Shown here piece by piece: positions 19,991-31,708 of a stretch of 40,786 bases of DNA. Made by a program: the position numbers and the translations under genes. Numbering within the stretch: position 1 is the first letter of the stretch; every line of letters starts with the position of its first letter. The stretch comes from Octopus bimaculoides. Taxonomy: Eukaryota. Location of the stretch: NCBI RefSeq assembly GCF_001194135.2, contig NC_068985.1:75701460-75742245 (forward strand), given 5' to 3'. The notes beneath the pieces were generated by a model that ran no database searches, was not told the origin of the DNA, and saw nothing but the letters and a program-made list of their open reading frames with translations.

Positions 19991-22954
19991 GGTGGGCAAC
20001 CTTATTTTTCTTTATGTTCTCTGCCATGATAAAAATGTCCACATAAAAATTAAACAACGAAAAATTTTAAAAACAGGCTAAAAGAGAAAACAGTTAAAAA
20101 AAGTGGAAGAAATAAAATAAACACTTCGTACTAAAAAAGTTCATAAAAGAAGGAGAAAGGAAATACAACAGTTCAGAAAGAATAAATAAAACATAAAGTT
20201 CCAGGCAGAATAACAAATTTTCAAGCCACAACGGTACTCCGGTCCGATTTGATCCCGGCTCCGCTGCAGTCTTTGCTGGTAAAAATTAAATCCTTTGCGT
20301 AGTTCCACATGGTGTAGTTCAAAGCAAGAGGAAGACTTTTCTTCAAATTTATTAGCTTTCAAAACTTGGTTTGAAAACAATAAATTCCTTTTCTTTTTTA
20401 AACAAAGTTCACAATATTTATTTGTAGTTTTTAAATCAAGGCTTGAAAACAACGAACTTTTACAAACTAAGTTCACAATTTTCGGAGGAGTGATACCTCC
20501 AAAACACTCTTCTCACCGCTAAGTGAGACATTAAGCACAACCACAGGCAGACAAATGTGTGGAATTCAGTGGAGACTCCTTGCTCGACATAAATATAAAT
20601 AAACATGAGCAACAAACCTCCACTAAATCCAAAAAAACACAAAAGTTTTACCTGTAGTTGTACGTCAAAAATTCACGACGCTGGCATTCAGTGACGTGAA
20701 GCTGGAGCGACAATAAACACGTCCTTTTGGTAAGCAAGCTACTTACCACACAGCCACTCATAACTTTTTTTTTTGAATTTTTAGAAAATTTTTGTGAATT
20801 TGTGTTCTACCCATGGAATTCATATAATTATGTGTATGATTTAAGGGCAATTTAGCTGTTGTTTTTTAACACATATCATGCCCACCTGATACCATCCTAA
20901 TTTCTTTGCCACTCTGACATGTATTGATGGTTCTCATGATACACCCAAGGGTGGACCACTACTGCGATTTAAGCAAAAAATTTAGTTCGTATTTTAAATT
21001 CTGATTCTAAAATAAAATTTTTAAAAAAGTGGAAATTTTAGGATTTATGGAGGTGGTGGTGGGGTTAAATGATTATAAAACATTTTATTTTTTTCATAAT
21101 CATATGAATTTCCAAGTGCAGAACACAAATTTGCAGACTCTTCCTGAAAATTCCAAAAGATAAAATGTTATGATGGGTTGTATGGGGTGCTTGAACCAGA
21201 ATTCTGCCCAGATTTTCATCTGTATTGTCATTCGCGAAGTACAACCTAAAATAGGATGGAGTAGTACAGTAATAAAGAGAAAGGTGTTCAAGATATGTAG
21301 ACCGTCAATTGGTCTTTGGATGCTTTTTGCAAACTTCGCTCTGTTTATGCGATTTATACCAAATCTCCAATTCCTTCTATGGACATGTTTTTACTGTAAA
21401 TAATTAAGCTTGACATCCGTTACAACAATATCACCTGTCAGGGGAAACTCTGCAACGGTAATAAGCAGGATCTTGCTCTGATCTCTGAATAGCTATAAAA
21501 AAACACATTCAAAACCATCAGCTGCTCTTACTCATGATCACCAACAATAGGCTGTTCAATATTGAATGGCCATTGTGGACTCTTATGCCTGAGACAATAT
21601 CACTTTATGTGAATATGAATCATATATTTCTTTAAAGAGATGAGTGGCACTTCTATTGGATTTATTTCCTAAAAGTCCTCCTGCCATATCAATTTCACAT
21701 AATAAATTATCTTTAAGCTTTAGAAAGTTTTTTCATGTAGATTTTCATAAAAATTTATTGTCCTTTACAAATGACAAATCAACTTCCCCTTCTTACATAA
21801 GATCTTACTCCTGTCATGTTAACACTAAAGAATATAAAATGACAATACTAATATTATACAAACACTATTCTTTATAATAATCTAAGCAAGAATAGGGTTT
21901 ATATGATAACATTTAAAAAAGAATAGGGTTAAATATAATGATTATAATAAAGAATTGGATCAATTTGATAATTGAAGATCTTTTTTGTTTGAATATACAA
22001 TTTGAAATAAAAAGAGAAGGGAAAGGAAACCTTTATTAAAAGTCCCAATTAGTATATTTTAACAACATTATAATCTATTTAATTTAATTAAATTATATTA
22101 ACTCATTTATTAATGATGATTTATTTTGATAATAAAACTTTTATTTATCATAGAGTTGAAAAATGTGAGGATATAAGTTGAATGTAAACACAGTAAGCAC
22201 AGTGGCTTACTGTGGAAATCAAATCCAGGTCATGTGAATATATTCAGCCTTAAAACACCACTCTGTAATAATGCTAAATTAATTATTATACATGCCCACT
22301 GAGAACCATACACTATTGGGTCTTAAGTACACTACAGATGATCATGCTTTCATGCAGTGTATCTAAAGAAAAAAAATATCTTGACAAACCTATTCCCATA
22401 CAAACTATATTCACAGGAATGAGTTAAATTTCGTGCTGCAAAATAACAAAATGTTCAACATTTAACCGTTGTCCCACCAGTTGGAAAGATAAGTAGCGGT
22501 TTTATAAGAATTGCCTGAGATGCATGAAGGCAATATGAAGCATGTAATACTTGTGTAAAATAAAAGTAAATGAATTTATGTTGGTTTTTCATATTGAATA
22601 TTCAGTTGTTTGATCAAATGAACTACCAGCTCACTGAAGCAGCTTGCAACTGTGTGGGTGACAATGCTAGCCTGTTGAATTACCAGTACAATCCATTTGA
22701 CAAGCTTCCACACAGTTTTCATCAACCCAATTTTTCTCACAAGCTTTAACTCAACCCAAGGCTATGACAAGAAGACACTCGCCCAAAATACCATGCAAAC
22801 TTCTTAATCATTCAACCATTCTGAAAGAAACATCTGTTATATAATAGAAAAGTTAATACCATGTGATGTTGAAAAATATAACTCTTCAATTCCCTTTGGT
22901 AATATCATAGTAAAACTAGTGTACTACAAACTGAAGGGTAGCTCTAAGTTGAAA

Positions 22955-23070
22955 GTGCCTCAATGTCAGTAGTGTCCTCCCCATTCTTTCTTCTGTACAT
23001 TAATGATGCGCTTACTGTCCCTGATAACAACACACACCTATGCAGAAGACACCTTGCTTCTCTCCTTATC
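22955..23070 (+). pseudogene. LINE reverse-transcriptase fragment (CR1/L2/Jockey-like)
   Basis: VPQ...FFLLYINDALTVPDNNTH-L, then YAEDTLL across frameshifts, matching GVPQGS.L.P.LF.LYIND...YADD. Confidence 0.7.
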
Positions 23071-23142
23071 CATCTATGTGCATCCTAAACACATTACCAA
23101 TATGTGCTGAATTCATAATTGGACTTTCTTCCTATCATAAAT

Positions 23143-23540
23143 CAGTTAGTTTGGCTGTCATCCCATATGCTTCAATGATTTCACGTGAGCGTGCCATCTA
23201 TTAGAATCTCCTATGCTTCTTCTTAATTTGTCAACATTTGCTATTTCACTGTCCTGAAGCAACTTGTTCATGTAAGTTAGATGTCTGTTGATTTTTCCTT
23301 CAACTGACTGCCATAAGACCAGTTTGACACATAAGTTCTTTTGGGTACCTGATGCAATGACCAGCAATTCTCATTCTTCTCTGCCATGTCTTCTCTGCCA
23401 AATCTTCTCAGTCATTTGGGTAGATCTTGATAAAATTGCTCATTGATTAAATGAGTTCTCCATGTAACTTTTAGAGCCATTTTTAACATTCTTTTGTAGC
23501 AGCTGTCTTTATTTTCCAAGTTTTTTTCTTCTGGTACCAG
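23143..23540 (-). mobile_element. RTE-X-like LINE 3' end
   Basis: W.QKKKLGK, DSCYKRMLKMALKVTWRTHLINEQ, RRMRIAGHCIR, LVLWQSVEGK, TYMNKLLQD, DSNRW in successive frames; tail caaactaactg. Confidence 0.8.
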
Positions 23541-24000
23541 ATTATGTGATGTGCAAGACCTTAGAAGGAAAAGAGGAGGAACTGGGGTTTAAGTTGGAAA
23601 GACAGAGAAGTAGACAAGTTACACCAAATTTACTTATAGTTCTAGACTTTACAGACAATATTGCCCTCATCTCCGAGGAGACACATCGGGCACAGGATGT
23701 GCTCAACAGGCTTGAGCTTGAAGCCACAAAGGTTGGCCTGAACCAGATATGGTATTCAGATATGACTGAATACCAAACATTCAATCAAGATCCTGAGCAA
23801 CCAAACCACTTCTTTACAAGATATGGAAAAGAACTTAAAGAAGTCACTAATTTCAAGTACCTTGGTGCTTGGATAGAACTTTGCTGTACAGAAGGCATTT
23901 GCTTGGAGTGCATGTCACAAACTGCATAAAATCTGGAGTTCTAAGATAGCACATAAATTAGATTGTTTGTGTCCACTATAGAGTCAGTTTTGTTATACAA
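23531..24000 (+). mobile_element. RTE-X-like LINE RT segment, inverted relative to its 3' end
   Basis: DYVMCKTLEGKEEELGFKLERQRSR...LDFTDNIALISE...AQDVLNRLELEATKVGLN...VTNFKYLGAWI...RKAFAWSACHKLHKIWSS...ESVLLY; catalytic FADD degraded to FTDN. Confidence 0.88.
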
Positions 24001-24928
24001 TCCTGATTCAAGTATTGAACTACCAAACACTTGAGATTCATTACTTGTGCTACTTTTGTCTCTGATCCTTATTTGCAGCTGTCTAAACTGGGATATCAAC
24101 AACTAAGTGACTTCTATGTGATACATCACTGCACTAAATTATAGGATGAGGGCACCTGATCCTATCATTTAATCTTTTTAATTTCATTGGGTACCCTGAA
24201 ATCAAATAAAAAAATTACTAGTGTAACTTTGCAGAGAACTTTTGTTTTAAACATTGTGTCTTGAACTGTACATTAAATTGTTTCTTACACAAATGGAATT
24301 TGATAATATGGAATATTTACTGAATAAGGGAAATAAGAAGTGTATATGTTCATACCATTCAAATAATTTTTTTTTTCTAGTTTACTAACAACTTATAAAC
24401 AAGGCATTGTATCCAAGATAAAGGCCAATAGTTTTGATGCTTTTATCTCTTAATAACATTTTTTTTTTTACCTTTCCTTTTATTAAATTGTGAAAACTAC
24501 CATGGTTACATGTATATTCTTGTTACATCAACAAACTGATATCTTTGATAAATCTGGCACAAATTGAACCTGTATCAATCAAATATACATATATTATCTG
24601 TTATGTAAGTGATTCTCAAATGATGCACAGTAGCACCCTGGTGCATGCAGGTGGTATATAGGTGTACTGTATCTTTTTAAAAATAACATTTAAGGCTTTG
24701 AAAATCCATATTAATATTTGTGCATTAAAACATGTTATACATAATTCTGCAATACATAAGTATGATCAATAAAACAGAGTAAACTATAGTTTTCTTTATT
24801 TTTCACTGAATTTCTAGATAGCAAAGTCTTTTTTTAAAGCACTATTTATGTAAATTACAAGTAGTTTTTAACTTTCTAAATGAAGTTTGTCAGTTTTTTT
24901 TGTTTGTTTTTTTTTTGTATGATCTTAG

Positions 24929-24990
24929 GTGAAAAAGATGGAGAACCACCTGATATAAACACTGGAATCTTTCTTATTCAGCCTGTTTAG
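24929..24990 (+). CDS. Candidate terminal coding exon GEKDGEPPDINTGIFLIQPV*
   Basis: Long T-rich tract and tcttAG acceptor (24927-24928); 62 nt open in phase 1; AATAAA at 25328-25333. Host gene unknown. Confidence 0.4.
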
Positions 24991-25860
24991 TTAAAAATAG
25001 ATTCATATACAAGAAGTGTTTACTGTTGTTAAGTGCAAAGAGATTTTATAATTAAGTTTCAGGAATTCATCTCAGTTTTCAGCTTCAGACCATAATCTCT
25101 AGTCTCCTAAATTGAATTTGTCATTGAGTCCAGATTTCGCTTTGACCATCGATTAGTGATAATGATGGTGGTGTCATTGTGGTTATGGTGCAACAACCAA
25201 TCTCATGAAAATTACCATATATAAGGAATCAACCATAAAATATTCTTCTTTTTTGACTAAGATATAGCAAACTTTTTCTTGAAGTGAACCTAACTGGGAA
25301 TGTTTTTATATTTTGTAGGCTAAAATGAATAAAGGCTGAAACCCTGCTGCTTGATTAAAAAATTTTTAAACATTGCAAAAAGTTGTTACATATCTAATGA
25401 CATAAAAATTGATATGTTTGATGAATGGCTCAGTATACAGTGAAGAGTCAAAATATTTTTTAGTTCAGCTGAATGTCAGGAAATGATTTTGGCTTTGGGG
25501 TTTGAGGTAAATGTAGAGCTACCCAGTTTAATTCATTAAATGACAAGTAAATATTTCTGTTTCTCCTTCCTTCCTTAGAATCAATTATTCTTGTAAACTA
25601 TATTACAACAGTATATGAGATGTTGTTAGTCTCTGTCATCCCATTTATTTAACTTTTAGCATGCTTAGATGCATCATGTCACCATACGAGTTTTCTCTTC
25701 TATGGTTGCAGGTGCATGTTACACTGAGAGGGGAGAACACTTGTACAACAACATGATGCACTGACAGCGTGCTAAGGTTTAAGGAAGGTGAAAGCATTTA
25801 CTGCTTAAAATATAACACCTTGGGAAACTTTCAGTTTCTATAGACAGAATAATATAAATA

Positions 25861-26088
25861 TTAATCTTTTATCATTTAAATCAGTCATATTTGGCTCAAA
25901 TAGTCTATCTGTTTTACATTTGCACTAGCCAGATTTGGCCTCTTACACTTACCCTATAATGTTATTCTAAAAATAAACAATCATGTCATTGGAATATCAA
26001 AGCTACAAGATAATGCTGAATTAATTCAAAACAATGTGTATAAATAAGCATTACATTTGACAAAATAATCTGAATGCTAAAGGGCTAA
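25861..26088 (+). mobile_element. TTAA-type MITE, degraded
   Basis: Begins ttaatcttttatcatt and ends aatctgaatgctaaagggctaa; internal homology to 11930-12128. Confidence 0.75.
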
Positions 26089-26761
26089 TTAATTCTTTTT
26101 CGGAATTGGCTCTTGAAGCACATAAATGATATAAATAATAGCATATGAATATTGGATTGCATGCTATCATTTATAGCACTTATGTGCATCAAGATCCAAT
26201 TTATGTACTTCGAGATTCAACTTATATTTTTCAAGATCCAGTATATATGCTTCAAGATCCTATTCCAAATTTCTCTCAAAACTTTATATAATTCTTATGA
26301 TGACAACAAATATTAATTCATTTGATGTTACTATAAAAACGAAATTTTGACTTAATGTTTCATTGCCAAATTTAATTGTTTGTTAATCAAAGCTAGATAA
26401 GAAAAACAAAGAATTTTTGCTTACAACAAGCCAGATGAGATGAGGTTGTGGGCCATATTTATCCTGTGTACCATAGTCTGCCAACTCCTAACTTATTGTG
26501 AAGTTGAAGACTAAATTTTCAGGGTTTCCAAAAGTGCTAGGAGGAAAAGTATGGTAGAAGTAACATTTCAAGGGAGTTTCAGTAGGAAGTATTGCATCTA
26601 TCTTAAATGAAAAGACCTGGTTTAAATGTTTGCTACAATGAAGTTTCCACTAGAAGCACCCAAGGCTCAAGTTGGGGGAAGAGTTTTAAACAGGACAATG
26701 GATAATGAATTAGGTCAACAAACTATGAATAGTTAAATCCGATGGGCTCCTGAGCAGTATA

Positions 26762-28046
26762 TTTGGGCATCCCATAAATATTGTGTTTTTTTTAATACTT
26801 CTTTTATTTTTCAAAATTGAGATAAACAAAAGTTCTTCTTTAATCTAAAACACACACTCTTTTATTTTCTACAATGCTCTTCCATCTATCTGGTAGACTT
26901 GCAAGGCCCCCACTTCCAAAATTCACTTGTCCATGATGAAAAATACTCCTCCAGTACTGTTCTGACCTCATCTACAGAATTCATATTTTTCCCATTCAAA
27001 CGATTTTGAAGACTGCAGAATAAATGATAATCAGATAGGGCAATGCCTGGTGAATATGGTGGATGGCACATCATTTCCCATTCAAACTGCTCCATCCTTT
27101 GGAATATTATACTCTCTGTATGTGGCTGAGCATTATCCTGATGGAAGAACACCTTTCGTCTTGAAACCAAAGATGATTGCTTTTCGTCTAGTGCAGATTT
27201 AAGCCACTCAAACTGCTCACAGTAGATCTCCTTTGTTTATCGTTTGGTTTGGGTTTAAAAGTTCAAAGTGAACTAAACCTTTTATATCTCACCAAACAGA
27301 TAACAACACCTTAAATGTGTGAAGACATTCTTAATCCTGGGGTGCTGGTGTTTCTCCTTTCCCTATCCACTGTCTTTGGCACTTGACATTTTTATAGAGA
27401 ACCCATTTCTCATCACCAGTCACTATTCATTCAAAAGAAGTTCATTTGTGAGAACTAACAGCAAAGAAGAGCACACATTCACTCTCTGCATGTGATTAAC
27501 TAAGAAAGTTTGTGAAGAACCCATTGACCCAACTTGCTGGCTTTTCTGATGGCACGCAGGTATTGATGAATAGTTGAAAGACCAAATCCAAGCTTCTCTG
27601 CTAGTTCCTCAACAGTTACAATGGTATTTTGTTCCACCAGGGTTTGCAGGATGTCCCCATCAAGCTCTACCAATCTAACAGGATAAGGCTCATCTTCTAG
27701 ACCATAGTTTCTGGCTCGGAATTTCTGGAACTACCATTGACACAGGCTTACACTTATTGTCCAATCTCCGTATACTGCATTAATATTCCTTGCATTTTCC
27801 ATTGTTGCCTTTATTGAACTCATCAAGCAGAATATGCCAAATATGCTCCCTTGTCACAACCATTATAGCTTTGAAAAAATAATTGTTAAAATCGAACTGC
27901 GCTCTTCAGAACTTGCACTAAGAATAAGGACATGGTAAAATTACTACCTGCTTTTATAGCAAGTTGATACAGGTAGTTTATCTTACCCCCCTCTAACATT
28001 TAGTTCATGCAATTGAAAAGACTGCATTATTTATGGGATGACCTAA
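26762..28046 (-). mobile_element. TIR-complete degenerate mariner (DD34D), 1285 bp
   Basis: TA TSDs at 26760-26761 and 28047-28048; TIRs TTTGGGCATCCCATAAATATTGTG / TTAGGTCATCCCATAAATAATGCA (19/24); transposase from ATG 27863: MVVTREHIWHILLDEFNKGNN, LGQWVLHKL, RIVTGDEKWVLYK, FHQDNAQPH, HPPYSPGIALSDYHLF; multiple frameshifts. Confidence 0.95.
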
Positions 28047-28259
28047 TATTTTCAACCTAATTTCCCTCAGAACATATGAATTAAATTAAAGCTATGTGAG
28101 AAACTTCTTCTCCAAGTTACAACAGCTGTAGTTTCAAACCCAGAATCACAAACCACATGATTTTGAAACAAACCTCTAAGCCACATAGTTGGTACTTAAG
28201 CAAGGATTTTCCCAACTACAAAGACTTCCACAATGATGAATACTATACATATTCATCTA

Positions 28260-28475
28260 CAAGAGGGTGCTGAAAAGTTTCTGGCTTTAAGAGTATCATG
28301 AAAGGCCTTATTGGGAGCCCAAACTTCTGAGTTTTTTTACAGGGCTTAGAAAATCTGAATGATTGTAGCAATAAGAGTGTGAATATGAGAGGGGGATATG
28401 CTGAATAAATCATGATTAACTGATCCTCCTGTATTTTTTTTTACTCAAAACCAGAAACTTTTCAGCCCTCCCTTG
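28260..28475. mobile_element. Mariner-type MITE, 216 bp
   Basis: TA TSDs; 29-bp TIRs CAAGAGGGTGCTGAAAAGTTTCTGGCTTT / CAAGGGAGGGCTGAAAAGTTTCTGGTTTT (25/29). Confidence 0.9.
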
Positions 28476-28841
28476 TATATGTCTTTGTCCACAAAATGCA
28501 CAAATGTGTGTGTGTGTGTGTGTGTGCGTGCGTGCGTGTTGTGTGCATATGTTGCATATGTATATTTCTGATGATGACCAGATGAGCATCTGGCCATAAA
28601 GTGTAACAATGAGTGAAGATTGCATCCATTATATTCAAGAATGTCATACACTAACAAAACCACTTGAACAACAGCAATCATCATGACAATTACATAAATG
28701 ACAATAAAAATGATATAATTTACTTGAAAATTTTGGCATTTCACATTTAGCAAAATTAATTGCTTATTTGTAAATGTCAGGTATCCTGCTCCAGAAAAGA
28801 AAATGTTGCTTACCAGAGACAACAGACAAATTATAATGCTG

Positions 28842-29061
28842 TAATCCTTTTGTTACCATATTTCTGTCAACATATGCTGCCTTTGTTTCAGTTAGTTTTT
28901 AAAATAAGGAAGTATATAGTAAAATAACTTTCTCATTATTAAGCTGGGGTCTGAAACAAATTAGCATACAATTTTGATGGAAGATTACAATTCAGACCAC
29001 TTTAAAACTGTAAGTTTATGTCATAGAACCTGGGGTGTCATATTGGTATCAAAGGAGTTAA
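28842..29061. mobile_element. piggyBac-type MITE, degraded (related to 15364-15583)
   Basis: Ends taatccttttgttacc ... ggtatcaaaggagttaa; shared internal motifs aaataact and ggaagatt. Confidence 0.6.
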
Positions 29062-29333
29062 TAGTAACTAGAGTCAGCATCAATCATCAATTTCGACAAA
29101 TGTGGCTTAACTGTTTGACAGATATTCATTCCTGAATTAACAGAGCATGCATGCGCACACACAATGAAACGTATACACTTCTTTCTCTTCCTTCTATCTC
29201 TCATGCTTTCTTATCAAGAGTTTTCTTCATATATGTATATCTTACAAAATCCCCTCAAAATGTATTATTCTGCTACGCACCTGAAATATCTATTGAGTGC
29301 TCTCTCTCTTCTTCCAATTTCTCCTCCTGTGTG

Positions 29334-29370
<37 letters not shown>

Positions 29371-29809
29371 ACATGGAAGGACAAAAGATGATTTAAGTGC
29401 CCCCAGAATTGATATCATGAAAGATTAATTCAATTCAGTTTATTTCAATTTATCTTTCGTTTTATTCCAGCATGACTAAATCGTCTTTTAAAGTGATTCA
29501 AACCAATAGCATAAACTGGTGTATCTTGAGTACATGCAGCCCAGGGCAACCCGTCAGTTTGCCACCCCTGGGCTCTCACAAAAAGCCCATATTGCCTACA
29601 GCAGACCCTAAAGGGGTGCCACCTAGAGCAGACCACAACCGCCACCCCCTCTAGATAAGCTAGTGGTAGCATATTTGGATAAAAATGTAAACACTTTATT
29701 TCTTTTATCCATGATAAAGTTTTGAAAGCATTTTGTTATTTTATAATATATATTTACTTATATTTACTTTATTTTTTATTTAATTATGTAAAGTCACTTA
29801 CCCATTTTA

Positions 29810-29811
<2 letters not shown>

Positions 29812-29860
<49 letters not shown>
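29812..29860. repeat. (TA)n microsatellite
   Basis: Visible. Confidence 0.98.
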
Positions 29861-29865
<5 letters not shown>

Positions 29866-29989
29866 AATGATCTAATTATAAATCTCACAGAGAGAATTAA
29901 GCAGCAGTGTTATGATAAAGCAGTTGTACATTGTCAACTCAATGTGACAGTCCCAATAAGGGAATCATACTGCTGCTCTTTAGCCCTAG

Positions 29990-31355
29990 GAAGCTGGACC
30001 GCTTCCTGTCCGCCTTGACACATTTCCTGTGTCCTTATATTTGCAAGGGGGAGACAAGCACCCCCACCCAGCTCAGTGTGCATTCAGGCACATGTTTCTT
30101 AGTCATTGCTCGTTTCTCAAAAGAATGGATTACCCACCCCGGCAGAATAGGATAGGGGAGTCAAGAAAGCAGTAACTAGAAGACCTTCTGTGCCTGTGGT
30201 CCTACAAAGGAACGGAGCCCTCACTCCATTGGACAACCAGAGGAAAAAAGTTCCCACCATAAGAAAAGGAAGGACGGAACACAAAGAAGGAAAGGAATAA
30301 AAAGGAAAAGGCAAAACTGAAACAACCAAAACCGAAACTGCAACCCACCAAACAAAAAACAGAAAACTCCATGGAGGATCCAATGCCATCAAAACTCCTA
30401 CAGGAAAGAAGAAATTTGGAAGGCACTCAAAAACCTGCAAATTTTACCTGCAAGGCAAATGTTGGCATGGGGAAGATGGCAAAAAGTGCCAGTTTGCCCA
30501 CTCGACACCCAGCCAAAACTGCAGGGGCTAAAGGAGAAAAACTTCCCTGAGGAAAGACAACCAATGTCTCTAAGGAAAAAATTTACAAAAGAAGTACATT
30601 CTTCAGATGTTATGCACAAGGCAGCAGCTGAGCAAGAGTCTTTTTTGTACATGGCGCAAAAGATTTTTCAGCAGCTGACCTGGCTACACCAAGCACAAAC
30701 AAGGAACCTTGCCCACCAATGTGCAAGACCACCACAGTCAACAGACATGGGATGGTCTCCCCTAACGCCTGCACAGTCATCATGCCAATACTTTTACTAA
30801 ATATTGGATCATAATAAAAGAAAAATTTCTTTCCTGAAAGATTTTGCTGCATGCAATCAAGCCCTATGCATAGCACTCGTGGAAACTCACCTCAGCCCTG
30901 ATATAGAGGATGCAGAAGTACACGTATCAAAATATGCCATACTGCGAACAAACAGAAGGGAACGGAGTCATGGTGGAGTTGCTGTATACATCCGTGACAA
31001 CCTCACACCGCAGGTCATACTGTCATACTCAAATTCGGTGTGTGACACTAACTGTATACATAAGACAACACAATATAGTCATATGCAATACATATTGCTC
31101 ACCGGATGCTCCAAACCACATAGGCAAGTTTGAAGATTGCATCACAAGAATTAAAGAAATCCTCATGAAACTGGAACACCACGTGACCATATTTCTTATG
31201 GGTGATTTCAACTTCCCCAATGTCATATGGCCCAAATGCCTCATACTCTCAGGAATGACTCATTGCAAGCAAGCACAGGTGGAGTCCCTGCTCAACATCA
31301 CCAATGCCCTATTCATGGAGCAAGCTGTACTCAAACCAACTAGGGCGAATAATAT
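29990..31355 (+). mobile_element. CR1-like LINE 5' portion: ORF1 remnant with CCCH finger plus ORF2 AP-endonuclease, 3'-truncated
   Basis: CKFYLQGKCWHGEDGKKCQFAH at 30436-30501; APE motifs ALVETHL, RSHGGVAVYIR, FLMGDFNFP, MEQAVLKPTRANNI in two frames (30804-31355). Left boundary approximate. Confidence 0.88.
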
Positions 31356-31519
31356 CAACTCTTCACCTTCTCAAACATTTCAACAGTTTACTTCCCCGTT
31401 GCCATCTTTCCATTATACCTACACTCATTTGACTGTCAACCATACGATGTGTCGTGTTAGACGCAGTGCCAACCACCGCGAATGAGAGTATTTATATATA
31501 TATATATATATGACTACAC

Positions 31520-31708
31520 GTGTGGTGTTGCTGATTTTTTTCCTTCCATGGACTTGTACCTTTTTTCTTTCTGACGAAGAGCTATACACAAAATGTCAAA
31601 AGACTCTCTCGTTTTACTGAGCGTCAAACTAATACATTAATTGTGCACGTCCTCTTGTTGATTATCGTTAAATTTATTGTTCATTTATTTGATTTGACTA
31701 TATATATA
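31520..31708 (+). mobile_element. Probable Penelope-like terminal-repeat fragment with decayed hammerhead, between (TA)n runs
   Basis: CTGACGA at 31571-31577, agagc-tata-cac, caaaatgtc (equals cgaaacgtc after two CpG transitions), aaaaga. Confidence 0.55.

Noticed and set aside
18931-20081. Long ORFs of 326-371 aa (also 33420-34175)
   Set aside because: Created by N-runs read as X; the flanks are SINE sequence.
21433-21492. Frame IQRSEQDPAYYRCRVSPDR*YCCNGC as an Ig-like motif or Sec readthrough
   Set aside because: Motif spacing does not fit D.G/A.Y.C, another stop follows within 9 codons, and no SECIS was found.
21493-21531. Minus-strand GTAAGA...TATAG mini-intron
   Set aside because: About 39 nt is too short for a normal metazoan intron.
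29445-29672. GC-rich ORFs on both strands
   Set aside because: Probably a repeat fragment; resemblance to the CCHC region of RLE LINEs is too weak to call.
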